Source: a virus (Duplodnaviria; Caudoviricetes). Taken from it: a stretch of 64,000 nt of DNA. Position numbers and translations under genes: made by a program. Location: positions 36,089 to 100,088 of IMG/VR virus record IMGVR_UViG_3300021387_000484; one strand, 5' to 3'. Numbering within the stretch: the stretch's first letter is position 1; each line of letters starts with the position of its first letter. The notes beneath the pieces were generated by a model, which searched no databases, had not been told where the DNA came from, and was given only the letters and a program-made list of their open reading frames with translations. This document shows, in pieces, positions 18,320 to 27,645 of the stretch.

Positions 18320-19159
18320 TCATTTTCCCCTCTTCACCGTCTTATCCCTAAGGGCGTATGCCTCATCGTAGTCCTTTGACACGGGTGTGTTCTTATAGAA
18401 CTCTCTGAGGTTGACGTTTTTAACCTTTCCGACCCCCACGTACCGGTAAAAGACGATGCTTTCCTTTTTATCACGTTTGGGGTCCCAGCCCTGCTTCATG
18501 GCTTCTTCTTCAAAAGCCGGGTCCCACTTGCACCAGCTCACCGGTTCAAACCCGCATTTCACATAGAACTTGTGGTTGCCCTCATATGAGTCCAGCTTTA
18601 TGCCGCCGTTTTTAACGGCATGCGCAAGAAGCGTTTTTCCCGATATCAGGCCCTTTTTGCCGTCGCCCCGTCCTACACAGACGCCCACTATATCGCCGCT
18701 CTTGTCAACGGCAATAGTGCTTCCCCCGTCTGATACATGGAGCTTAGCCCCTTTATGCCAGTCCAGAAACTCCTTCTTGGTCATTCCCGTGACACGCCAT
18801 CCCTTTTCGGGGTCCTGTGACTGCTTTGCCTTGGCAAGAGTCTGGACATATTTTTGGGGGTCTGTATTTCCGAAGCGTATCTTGTCGCTCCCTTTTTCCC
18901 CGCTGGAATGATAAAAGTCCTCGGCGCCCTTGCCGGTCTTCTCCTTCAGGGCTTCCCATGCTTCTTTGGGTCCTGCGCCGTCTGGAAGGTCTATCCCGTA
19001 CTTCTTGCAAAGTCCGAACGCCAGCCTTGCGCTTGCATCCATCCTGACGGGCTTCCTCAGTGGAATGAAAAAGCCGTCCAGACGGACATAGGCCCCGGAC
19101 CTGTCCCTTTTGCAGGTGATTCCCCTCTTCTCCAGTTCACGTCTTAGTGTGCTTCTCAT
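18320..19159 (-). CDS. GNAT-like acetyltransferase with N-terminal RMD + LAFGLCKKYGIDLP module
   Basis: GKTLLAHAVKNGG..LD.Y..FYVKCGFEPV matches GNAT motif A/B spacing. Confidence 0.65.
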   Translation of the reverse strand: MRSTLRRELEKRGITCKRDRSGAYVRLDGFFIPLRKPVRMDASARLAFGLCKKYGIDLPDGAGPKEAWEALKEKTGKGAEDFYHSSGEKGSDKIRFGNTDPQKYVQTLAKAKQSQDPEKGWRVTGMTKKEFLDWHKGAKLHVSDGGSTIAVDKSGDIVGVCVGRGDGKKGLISGKTLLAHAVKNGGIKLDSYEGNHKFYVKCGFEPVSWCKWDPAFEEEAMKQGWDPKRDKKESIVFYRYVGVGKVKNVNLREFYKNTPVSKDYDEAYALRDKTVKRGK

Positions 19160-19487
19160 CTGTGTCCCCCTTATCGGTCAGGGGACCCAGCTCTGACGCC
19201 ATCTTCCGCGACAGGTCATCGTAGTCCGCATTTTTGCGGACGCTGTCCCTGTCTATCTCAAGGATACCTTTGAGGTCATCCCACCCGGCCTCCTCCTTAT
19301 TGGCGATGTCAAGGGCCTTCTTTGCCATGAGCACCGCCTTTGTGAGGTGGTAGGGGGAAAAGTCAAGGATGTCTGTCTTGCCGTCATCCTCGACTCTCAC
19401 CTGATACCCTTTCCCGAACCTTGCGTTCATCTCGATATAAGCCTTCAACCTTTTCCTCCTCCCTGTTGTATAATCGAGTTTTCCCAT
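19137..19487 (-). CDS. Hypothetical protein, probably leaderless mRNA
   Basis: TTGACC-16-TATAAT promoter (19494-19521) ends 7 nt before ATG at 19487; no RBS. Confidence 0.6.
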   Translation of the reverse strand: MGKLDYTTGRRKRLKAYIEMNARFGKGYQVRVEDDGKTDILDFSPYHLTKAVLMAKKALDIANKEEAGWDDLKGILEIDRDSVRKNADYDDLSRKMASELGPLTDKGDTDEKHTKT

Positions 19488-19530
19488 ACCAGAATTATAC
19501 AACAGGGAAGGGCAAGGTCAATTATCCCCT

Positions 19531-19884
19531 TTATACGGCTTTCTTTTTTTTGCGGTACTCTGCCTGCTGGAGGCGGATGCGCTCCCGGTTCTTCTTGTAC
19601 CACTCCTGTTTTCTTTTTCTCTCGGCTTCCTTGTCCTTCTTGGCGTAGTCAGCTTTGCGCTTGGCCTTGAGCTCTTCAGGGTCCTTATTGGCCACCTGCC
19701 TTCTGTACTTCTCAACCATCTTCTTGTGCTCTTTTACCTTCTCGGGAAAGAGCAGTTCTTCAACCATATCCTCGATGAGGTAGTCCTCGTAGGTGAGGCC
19801 AGCCTTGTCAACTTCTTCGTCAAAACGGCGAAGCTCCTCAAGTTCTTCAGCTGTAAATCTTCCCATTCCAAACCTCCGCATCAT
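19531..19884 (-). CDS. Basic coiled-coil hypothetical protein
   Basis: 117-aa ORF; promoter TTGCAT-17-TATACT at 19912-19940. Confidence 0.65.
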   Translation of the reverse strand: MMRRFGMGRFTAEELEELRRFDEEVDKAGLTYEDYLIEDMVEELLFPEKVKEHKKMVEKYRRQVANKDPEELKAKRKADYAKKDKEAERKRKQEWYKKNRERIRLQQAEYRKKKKAV

Positions 19885-20004
19885 CTAACAATCGCCTCAT
19901 CCGACTATTAGAGTATAGCATACATTGGTTCGAAATGCAAGGGTAATATATGCGTTTCTAAATGCGTTACAATATATTGTTACGCTGTTTAAATTCGTTT
20001 CCGT

Positions 20005-21075
20005 TTATTTTAGGTTGTTTTCTGTCATCCCGCCGGGGCACCTTCTGAGCGTGAAATCGCGCCCTATATACGCCCCTTCACAGCCGTCAACAAGGAAGGT
20101 TGTGTACTCGCAGATGCCGTTGTCGACGACCGCCGCAACCTTCTTTGCCGGGTGGAAGCCGTCGCTCACGACCTTCTTTGCAAGGCACCTGTCCTTTTTT
20201 CTGGGGATGTTGAACAGCTGAGCCGTGTCGGCTATGCGGATATCCACCACGTAGGCCCTGCGGCACTTCTTCCTTGTGCCGTCCTTGAACGTACAGTAGG
20301 GGATATAGCTCCGTATCTTGGCTATCCCGCCTATGGACCGGATGAGCCACTGGACATCCCTCGCAAGGCGTCTCGAAGTGGACGTGTAGGTGCAGTGCCC
20401 TGACTGCCCGACATAGCCGTCCGTATCCATGAGCCCCTGTATGAGCTCCATGCGGTCCTTTAAGGAAGCGTGCTTGTATTCAGTCGGCACGTACTTTTTG
20501 TGGGACCTGCAAAGGAGCCCCTTTTCGGAGAGCCACGCCTTTTCCTTTGAAAACTGCCTGAGCCCAAAGACGGGCGTCCTGCTGTCGTTTGCCTGATACC
20601 GCGTCAGGGTGTAGCCGTCCTGACGCACCCTTCCAAAGAGCTCCATATCCCTCTTTATGAGCCGTATGGTCTCTTTTCTCAGGCACCCGTCACCAAGGAG
20701 CGCTCCAAGGGTATAGGGCTTTATGGTAAGCTCATATTCCCGGTCGAACTCCACCTGTCCGCCCTGCTGAACGGTAATGGATTTTCCCCGTGCCATCACT
20801 TCCTGTATCTGCTGAGTGGTCCTGACCTTCAGCACGGGATTTTTGCCCATGGTGCGCGACAGCCACGGCTCGTCGGCAGTGCATACCACGTAGGAGCCGT
20901 CCGTAAATTCCATCCTGTAGGTCTGAAGTGTCTGCGCATGGACGCCGACCGCTTTTGCCGTTTGACCGTCCGGGGTCCGAAGCACAGTGCCTTCGCGGAC
21001 CTTGCCCCTCTTGATAAAGCCTGTCGGCGTCAGCACAGGCTCTCTTTCGGGCATGATGTTTTTTCTGGTGCTCAC
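20005..21075 (-). CDS. Free-standing intein-derived LAGLIDADG homing endonuclease with degenerate Hint domain
   Basis: PVLTPTGF Hint start, LGALLGDG and LIQGLMDTDG intact; block B lacks His (TADEPW); no terminal HN. Confidence 0.85.
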   Translation of the reverse strand: MSTRKNIMPEREPVLTPTGFIKRGKVREGTVLRTPDGQTAKAVGVHAQTLQTYRMEFTDGSYVVCTADEPWLSRTMGKNPVLKVRTTQQIQEVMARGKSITVQQGGQVEFDREYELTIKPYTLGALLGDGCLRKETIRLIKRDMELFGRVRQDGYTLTRYQANDSRTPVFGLRQFSKEKAWLSEKGLLCRSHKKYVPTEYKHASLKDRMELIQGLMDTDGYVGQSGHCTYTSTSRRLARDVQWLIRSIGGIAKIRSYIPYCTFKDGTRKKCRRAYVVDIRIADTAQLFNIPRKKDRCLAKKVVSDGFHPAKKVAAVVDNGICEYTTFLVDGCEGAYIGRDFTLRRCPGGMTENNLK

Positions 21076-22517
21076 TTCTTCACCAGTTCTCCCGCGCCGT
21101 ATTTGGAGAGATAGGCCTTCATGGCAGTGATAAAGTCGGGCATTTTCTCGTGCCAGAAGCCGTTCACGGCCTCCTGCACCTGCCCGTTCTTATCGCCCAG
21201 CGCTTTCTCCCTCTCCTTGTTGTTCCCATAGACGCCGAACATGGTCTCTATCGCAAGGTCAGAAACGGACTTTGCGGGGGCCTTCTTTTCATGAGCTGTA
21301 AATCCGTCATCCCTGTCTGAATCAGAAGTCGTGCCGTCCTCTTCAATGACGAAGGCTATCTCCTCATTGATGCACTGGAGTATCCCATCCCACGGGTAGT
21401 CGTAGTAGAGCTTTAAGTGGCTCTCTCCCCTTCCGTAGGTCTCGTCGTACTCGCCTTTTTGCTTCTGGTCGCCGACCTTGCCGCCAAGCGCCGTGCCCTT
21501 CTCGTTGATTGAAAATTCCATCAGGACATCGGGTTCGGCAGACAGACACATAGCGGTGTGCCCGTTGCCAGTCTTGTTATCATGGTACAGGTAACTGTCC
21601 CCCATCTGGGCGATGAACTTCATGCTCCGCCAGACGAAGTTGCCGGTCCCGACCATGCACTTCTTCATGTTGCCCGTGTAAGTCGCGCCGCCACAGGAGA
21701 TGCCAGCCGCCTCGTAAGCGTTGATGATGGCAGAAGAACAGTCCCTGTCCCCGCCTTTGATAATGTACTTCCTGCCGTAGATATCTATCTCTTCCGTACC
21801 GGTCCCCTGCCTGCCCGCCATGTCCTGCGTATACCCGTGCGCATTGTGGATGCACAGGTGCTTCATGATAAGGGCGGCCACTTCCTTTTTGGTGACGACC
21901 CTGCGCCCGGGCTTGGGGCTTACGGGTATCGAACTGCCAAAGTCCGTGTACCACTCGTTCTCATCTACATACCCGCTTATGCCGGGACATGTGGCGCGGC
22001 TTGTGAACTGCCAGCCGTCGGTCCATATTGTGGGCTTGTAGGCCATGTCGGGCTTTCCGTCGTTTTTCCCGTAGGCGGCAATCCACCTGCCTACGGTCAT
22101 CCCCTTCAACTGCTGTTCAAAGGCCCACTGCCACGAATAAACACCGCCGTTCGGGAAGGCTTCCTGCCACATCTGTGCGGCCTTCTTCCAAAAGGCGGTG
22201 TTCTTTCTCTCTTCAAGGTCAAGCCAGAAGCGCTCCACCTTGTAGCCCGCGCACATGCGCTTTACATGGGCTATCTCCGACTTTATCTGCTTCTCGCTGT
22301 TGGCGTGGGAGTAGATATAGACTTCAAAGTAGATGCCAAGCCTTGTGCACTCCCTCATGTTGTAGGCGGCATACAGGTCATCCTGAGACTTTATATCGTC
22401 ACCGTACCCTATGCGGATAATGGCGCCCGATATATACTCCTTGACCTTTTCCCAGTATATCTTGCCCTGATGCTCAGAGACATCGAGCACCCTCTTTATA
22501 TCAGCCATCCTCTTCAC
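21072..22517 (-). CDS. Endolysin: GH25 muramidase + CHAP/NlpC-like amidase + CW_7-like repeat
   Basis: LDVSEHQG, WLDLE, WQFTS..VDEN; DRDCSS..GHTAM; GVYGNNKEREKALG. Confidence 0.88.
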   Translation of the reverse strand: MKRMADIKRVLDVSEHQGKIYWEKVKEYISGAIIRIGYGDDIKSQDDLYAAYNMRECTRLGIYFEVYIYSHANSEKQIKSEIAHVKRMCAGYKVERFWLDLEERKNTAFWKKAAQMWQEAFPNGGVYSWQWAFEQQLKGMTVGRWIAAYGKNDGKPDMAYKPTIWTDGWQFTSRATCPGISGYVDENEWYTDFGSSIPVSPKPGRRVVTKKEVAALIMKHLCIHNAHGYTQDMAGRQGTGTEEIDIYGRKYIIKGGDRDCSSAIINAYEAAGISCGGATYTGNMKKCMVGTGNFVWRSMKFIAQMGDSYLYHDNKTGNGHTAMCLSAEPDVLMEFSINEKGTALGGKVGDQKQKGEYDETYGRGESHLKLYYDYPWDGILQCINEEIAFVIEEDGTTSDSDRDDGFTAHEKKAPAKSVSDLAIETMFGVYGNNKEREKALGDKNGQVQEAVNGFWHEKMPDFITAMKAYLSKYGAGELVKK

Positions 22518-22899
22518 CCCCGTTGTCGGACAGGTTGTCGGACAGGGTATCCATCGTGATGACCGCCGCCTCTATGAGGGCTTCCAGCTCTTCCTTTGTG
22601 ATTTTCACTCCCTTGGCGGCACAGATGCGCATGATAAAGTTGTAGACGTATTTCTTCCGCTGGCTTCCGTCCGGGTCAATCTTCCTTGCGCGGTTGTACA
22701 TCTGCTCTGCCGCATACACAGCGGAATAGACCCACTCCCTGACCTTCTCCATCTGTTCATTTTCCGTCTTAGTCTCAATCCACTTCCTGAGTGCGGGAAC
22801 CACGAAGCCCGCCATAAAGAGAATCGCTATTTTCACAGCAAGTTCAAGTATCTGCATCCTTATCATATCTTTTTCCACCCCTGTTTTCGCTATAAACAA
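22501..22899 (-). CDS. Holin (LL-H-like)
   Basis: One N-terminal TM helix, AVYAAEQ..LIEAAV; adjacent to lysin. Confidence 0.75.
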   Translation of the reverse strand: MFIAKTGVEKDMIRMQILELAVKIAILFMAGFVVPALRKWIETKTENEQMEKVREWVYSAVYAAEQMYNRARKIDPDGSQRKKYVYNFIMRICAAKGVKITKEELEALIEAAVITMDTLSDNLSDNGGEEDG

Positions 22900-22923
22900 A
22901 GCTTTCTTCTCTATAAGTTCTCT

Positions 22924-23328
22924 TTAAATGAACTTGTTCTCCGCTTTCACCCGCTGGTAAGTATCCTTGATATGGGCTATCGCGGCGGTCGCCTTGTTGT
23001 TCTCGTATTTCGGGTTGTCCTTGCAGTAACGCGAGTAGTAGTTCATGTCGTCGAGCACCTGATTGAAGGATTCCTCAGAATGGTCAATCCCGCGCCTAAG
23101 CTCATCGTCGAATGATAAAATGTTCCGCCTAGCGTCGTCGGCATTCTCCTTGTCGAGCCGAAGCTCAATGCCCAGTATCCTCTCGCCGATAGTCTTTAGC
23201 GCGCGTGATATCTCGTTGTTCTTTTCTTCTTTTGCATCCTTTCTGGTTATCAGGAACTGGACAAACCCGATAAGCCCGCCGCCGATAAGCCCGCCTATTA
23301 TCGTTTCAAAAATCTCCAGTCCTCTCAC
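22924..23328 (-). CDS. Membrane-anchored lysis-module protein (holin-associated)
   Basis: N-terminal TM helix plus coiled coil; position in lysis cassette. Confidence 0.6.
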   Translation of the reverse strand: MRGLEIFETIIGGLIGGGLIGFVQFLITRKDAKEEKNNEISRALKTIGERILGIELRLDKENADDARRNILSFDDELRRGIDHSEESFNQVLDDMNYYSRYCKDNPKYENNKATAAIAHIKDTYQRVKAENKFI

Positions 23329-23342
23329 ATCCCATCACCCCC

Positions 23343-25121
23343 TTATGCGTTTATGACCTTGTGCAGGTTCCCCTTGGAACAGGACAGCTCCATGACCCCG
23401 TTCTTACAGTCAATGAAAATGTCCCCGTTCTCGGCGTTCCTTGCCACGACCGCGCCGACCGCTTCCAGCCGCTTTCTGGTCGTGCCCCTGCCAGACCGTT
23501 CAAGGTGGTGGTAGTTGGAGAAAGCTATCTTGGGACGGGTGGCCGCACAGATAGTGGCGTTGCAGGCGTTCGCGTCCCCGTGCCACTGCGTCTTGAAGAT
23601 ATCCGCCCTGAGATTCGTGACTGCTTTAATGAGCAGGTTGTTGCCCTCATTTTGGAGGTCGCCCGCCGAATGAAAAACGACGGAGCCGTCAAGCGTAAAC
23701 CTCGTCACGATGGACTGGTTGTTGACGAAGTGGTGGTCGTCGTGCTCTGAGAGCGCGGACGCCGGTGCCTGCCAGATGCAGTCGCACCGTATCTTACCCG
23801 CTGTAAATCCCTTTCCCGCCTTGAGGTAGGTACATGCCGCCCCGTACTTTGCCGCCTTCTTTTCCTGAGACCTTATGGCGTTGCCGTAGGTCTTTTGGTA
23901 CTTGTCAAGCTGTTCAGTGTCGGGAAGGTAAATGGCTTTTACCTTGAACGTCTCAAACACATCTGTGAGCGCCCCGTAGTGGTCGCCGTGGGCGTGGGAT
24001 ATGACGACTGCGTCTATGGTCTTCACCCCGGCTTCTTTGAGCTTCTTTACGGTCTTACCGGCCTTCTTTGCCGTGTCGATAAGGACCACGTGCTCAATCG
24101 TCTTGTCATCAGCTCCGTACTGGATGATTGCCGTGGCGTCCCCGAACTGTGTCTCGTCGCCCTCAAAGAACCAGATGCCCCATACACGGATGCGGGGATG
24201 GTCGGAAGGCTTGCTGTCCTCTTTATTAGTCAGGATATCGTTTACACGCCCCTGTACCTTGGCTGGGTCGTAGCCGTTGAACGTGAGCAGAAGCTCCCTG
24301 ACCTCCCCGTTTCCGTACTTTGCGTTTATCACGTCATTCGCGGCTTCCGTAAGGCTCTTCCCAGAGAGCTTTGCGATTGCGTTTATCTCTGCCTGAACCT
24401 CCACGCTCCATGCCCCCAAGCGTTCCTTCCGGTAGTCATCCTTACCGGCAAAGCCCGCTATCGTCATGACAGCCATGTCCCGTATGACCGCCTTCTGGTC
24501 CCCCCAGACGCGGTCTACCTCGTTCTGGATAGATGTACGGTTATCGCTCCCAAAGACGCTCAGACACTTCGTGCGCGCCGTTCCTGAGCCGTATACACTC
24601 AGCATGCAGTCGGACGCCGCGATAACGACCTGAAGGTCGTCCATCTTCACCATCTTTTCGTACTTGGGGCGCACCCTGCCGATGATGGTCCTGCCAGAGC
24701 GTTTCCTTCTCTTGCAGGTATCCTTTGATACCTGCTTGTAGTTGCCGCACAGGTTCACGTTTGAACCCAAGGCAAGCTCCGTGTGGTTGGGCTTCTTGTT
24801 CTTGTCCCCGTAGACGACAATGTCGCCGGGAAGGATGTCCCCGGAGCCGCTCTTCCAGATGCCGAGCTTTTCGGCATTCTTTTTCAATGTCCCGGACGCC
24901 TGCGCGTAACCGCCGACAAGGTCGATGCCCCCTGCGTCATACAGGATGGCCATGACCGTTTCCGTGCACCACTCGTCTGTCATCTTTGCGCCGTGCCCCT
25001 TGGCATTTAAGGTGGCGATGACATCTTTGTGGGCAGTAGGCGACCCGTCATATCTGGCGGCGGCTTTGAGCACGTTCCATACTGTGCATTTTGATGCCAT
25101 GTTTTCCTCCTTAATCGCCAC
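23343..25121 (-). CDS. CHAP-like + CW_7-like repeats + metallo-beta-lactamase-fold hydrolase (ComEC/Pce-like)
   Basis: WCTETV..HTEL; YGNGEVR; LIDT, SHAHGDH, NNQSIV, AGD, WHG. Confidence 0.8.
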   Translation of the reverse strand: MAIKEENMASKCTVWNVLKAAARYDGSPTAHKDVIATLNAKGHGAKMTDEWCTETVMAILYDAGGIDLVGGYAQASGTLKKNAEKLGIWKSGSGDILPGDIVVYGDKNKKPNHTELALGSNVNLCGNYKQVSKDTCKRRKRSGRTIIGRVRPKYEKMVKMDDLQVVIAASDCMLSVYGSGTARTKCLSVFGSDNRTSIQNEVDRVWGDQKAVIRDMAVMTIAGFAGKDDYRKERLGAWSVEVQAEINAIAKLSGKSLTEAANDVINAKYGNGEVRELLLTFNGYDPAKVQGRVNDILTNKEDSKPSDHPRIRVWGIWFFEGDETQFGDATAIIQYGADDKTIEHVVLIDTAKKAGKTVKKLKEAGVKTIDAVVISHAHGDHYGALTDVFETFKVKAIYLPDTEQLDKYQKTYGNAIRSQEKKAAKYGAACTYLKAGKGFTAGKIRCDCIWQAPASALSEHDDHHFVNNQSIVTRFTLDGSVVFHSAGDLQNEGNNLLIKAVTNLRADIFKTQWHGDANACNATICAATRPKIAFSNYHHLERSGRGTTRKRLEAVGAVVARNAENGDIFIDCKNGVMELSCSKGNLHKVINA

Positions 25122-25896
25122 AAAGGTCCGTGTGCTTTGATATGTAGAGCCCCTGCCAGCCGTGGAGCTTGTAGTAGGCCTTGGCCTTCACGATGCCAGA
25201 CGCGGATTTCACGTACTCGATACCCCGGACATACAGGCCATTCTTTTTCGCCCAGTCCATGTAGGCGGTCCGGTACTTCCTCTCCCCTGAGGACTGAGCA
25301 CAGAAGTCCTCGTACAGGCACCCTTCCTGATTGATAGTCTTGATATATGGCTTTCCGATGCCGTCCTTGAACATCTTCTGGACAAGAAGGTCCGCGCCGT
25401 TTGGCATGACGATAAGCCCCACGTCCTGCACGATGCGGCGGATGACATCAGTCATGGCAAGGTAGACTGCTGTGGCGGAAGGAGGCTTTTTCATCAGTTC
25501 CCCCTTCTTCTGCTTCTCAGCAAAGCCCTCCTTTGCCATCCAGTAGATATCACCGTTGTCGAAGTAGAGTCCGATAGCCCCCTTTGCCTTCTTGGCTTTT
25601 GCCTCGTCGATAAGGTGCTGTTTCCACTTATCGGAAGTCGGGTCTATCCAGTACTCGCCGGGCCAGACGTCGTATTCGCACACCCTCAGGCTTTTGAAGG
25701 TGTTATAGTAGGGCCTCTCCCTCTCAAGCGCGCCCGCGTTCAGGTAGTCGTAGACAAAGACGCCACGGTCCACCGCCGCCCTGACTGTCGCGGACGCTAT
25801 GCCTTCGGAGTCTATGACCGCAAGTCCCTGTTTTTTTATGTTCTTGAGGACTTTTGCAACGTATTCCTGTTCAAAGCAGTATTTAAGTTCTCCCAT
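25111..25896 (-). CDS. GH114-like endo-alpha-1,4-polygalactosaminidase
   Basis: YLNAGALE, WPGEYWID, GLYFDNGDIY, MPNG, NQE motifs. Confidence 0.7.
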   Translation of the reverse strand: MGELKYCFEQEYVAKVLKNIKKQGLAVIDSEGIASATVRAAVDRGVFVYDYLNAGALERERPYYNTFKSLRVCEYDVWPGEYWIDPTSDKWKQHLIDEAKAKKAKGAIGLYFDNGDIYWMAKEGFAEKQKKGELMKKPPSATAVYLAMTDVIRRIVQDVGLIVMPNGADLLVQKMFKDGIGKPYIKTINQEGCLYEDFCAQSSGERKYRTAYMDWAKKNGLYVRGIEYVKSASGIVKAKAYYKLHGWQGLYISKHTDLCGD

Positions 25897-25924
25897 GGTG
25901 TCTTTCCTCCTTTCCCTGCGCATA

Positions 25925-25955
25925 TAAAAAAGACACCCGGTTAGGGTGCCTTTTG
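25925..25955. terminator. Hairpin/terminator at the start of the late (lysis) block
   Basis: AAAAGACACCC..GGGTGCCTTTT. Confidence 0.55.
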
Positions 25956-26060
25956 TGTCTTTTGATTTTTTCCGACAGCATACCTTGTACCACCGTTTTG
26001 GTGGGACTTACAAGGAATCTTACGGAAATCTATAGAATTTTATGGAACAATTCGAGCGTT

Positions 26061-26804
26061 TTATTCGCTTTTATCTATGAGTTTCAGATATCTCCACCTC
26101 ACTGACCCCGGGGTCCTGCCGATTTCCAGACCTATGGAAGAGAAAGTCCCTCCGTCCCCCATCTTCTCAAGTATGAGAGAATCCTCGCTTTCGGTATACG
26201 GCTCCCCCGCTTCCTTCCACTCCCCGCGATACATCTTAAAGCGCAGAACGTCCTCATATGGCGTAGCTACCTTCTCCTTCCGTTTCTTTCCAGACGCGGG
26301 CAGTATTGGCTTTGCCAGCCTCCTTGCATCCACCTTCAGCTTTGCGCTCACGGGCTTTTGTGCCGCCCCCATGTCCCCAATGGGAATCCATCCAGAGCTC
26401 CACCCCTCTGCCAATGGGGTCGCCACGACTGAGCCCTCTACCTGCGGCCCCCTGTACCAGTTTCCGCTCGTGTACTGGCCATAGGTGAGCCCCGAATCCT
26501 TTACGGCCCGCATCTTCTCCCTTTTCGCGTCGTCAGTCTCCCTGCGCCTCTCCACGGCGTACTTTTTTTCATTTGCCTTTTCCTTCACGCGGCAGTCCTC
26601 ACACAGGGTGCGGTTGCTGTTGACGCTCACGCGGTAGACCCTTCCGCACTTTAAGCACATGATTTCCTTGGTCCTTATATGGTGGTCCTTCGAGTGATAC
26701 TGCCTCATGCATTGCCGTGAACAGAATTTTTTGTTCGGCACCGTCCGCACGAACTCTGCGCCACAACACAGACACTTCGCTGTCTCCTTCCCTTCTTTAT
26801 CCAT
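26061..26804 (-). CDS. Zinc-ribbon protein with C-terminal Myb-like HTH
   Basis: Several CxxC pairs; YTESED..IGRTPGSVRWR. Confidence 0.6.
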   Translation of the reverse strand: MDKEGKETAKCLCCGAEFVRTVPNKKFCSRQCMRQYHSKDHHIRTKEIMCLKCGRVYRVSVNSNRTLCEDCRVKEKANEKKYAVERRRETDDAKREKMRAVKDSGLTYGQYTSGNWYRGPQVEGSVVATPLAEGWSSGWIPIGDMGAAQKPVSAKLKVDARRLAKPILPASGKKRKEKVATPYEDVLRFKMYRGEWKEAGEPYTESEDSLILEKMGDGGTFSSIGLEIGRTPGSVRWRYLKLIDKSE

Positions 26805-27028
26805 CGCTCACTCTCCGCTTACAAGGCGCAGTCCGCACCCAGAGCAGACCGTCCCCTTCTCCACTGCTTCATCCAGTTCCCACGGGAACGCGTAGTTCAA
26901 GAAGCAGTGATAATAGACCCCTTCGTCCTCCAAGAACCTGCAATCCGCGCACCTGTCTGGCTTCTCCATGACATAGATATCTTTCGGCATCACTTTCCGC
27001 ATAGTTTTTACCCCCTTTTTGGTGGGAA

Positions 27029-27415
27029 TCACAAAAAAGCCTCTCCCCACTCCTCTTCCCCGACAAGGCTCTTTAAGTGATTGAAAATCCTCTCCTTCGT
27101 CCCTGCGTCCATCGGCAGTTCGTAGGCTTCTCCCACGTCCTGCTCGGTCCCCCACGGCTCAAGCATGACACCTAAAAGCCGGTCCTTTACGCACACGGCC
27201 AAGTAGGCGTACCATCCGCTGAGGTCACAGTCAGGGCTCCTGTCATAGAAGGGCGCAAAGCCCAGACGCTTTAAGATATCGTCGGCCTCCGCGTCAAACT
27301 CTACCGTCGGTTCTATCACCAAGCACAATACCCCCTCCTGCGCCTTCAGTGTGGCAGGAGGGGTGTACTGACTTATAAATATGTTGTCCTCTATATACTC
27401 TTGTGAAAGCTCCAT
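27029..27415 (-). CDS. Hypothetical protein
   Basis: ORF with GGGGG RBS in early operon. Confidence 0.55.
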   Translation of the reverse strand: MELSQEYIEDNIFISQYTPPATLKAQEGVLCLVIEPTVEFDAEADDILKRLGFAPFYDRSPDCDLSGWYAYLAVCVKDRLLGVMLEPWGTEQDVGEAYELPMDAGTKERIFNHLKSLVGEEEWGEAFL

Positions 27416-27645
27416 GTGACCCCCTTTACAGGAACTCAAGCAGGTAGTCGGGTTCCAGACCCAGCTCCTGCTCAAGGACCTCCTCGGGGTCCAGACAGCT
27501 TGTGCCCATAAGGGCGTCGCAGACCTCTGAGCGCGCGCTCTGGAACGCTCTTGAAGCCTCGTCGCGTGATAATCCGTCGCGCGCCATCAAAATCTCGATA
27601 ACCTTACTGCCTCTCTTCACGTCCGCTCCTTCCCGGGTCCTCCCC

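Noticed and set aside
26005-26050. Imperfect 11-bp repeats as binding sites for the ArpU-like activator
   Set aside because: Position upstream of the late block is suggestive, but the repeats are too degenerate to call.
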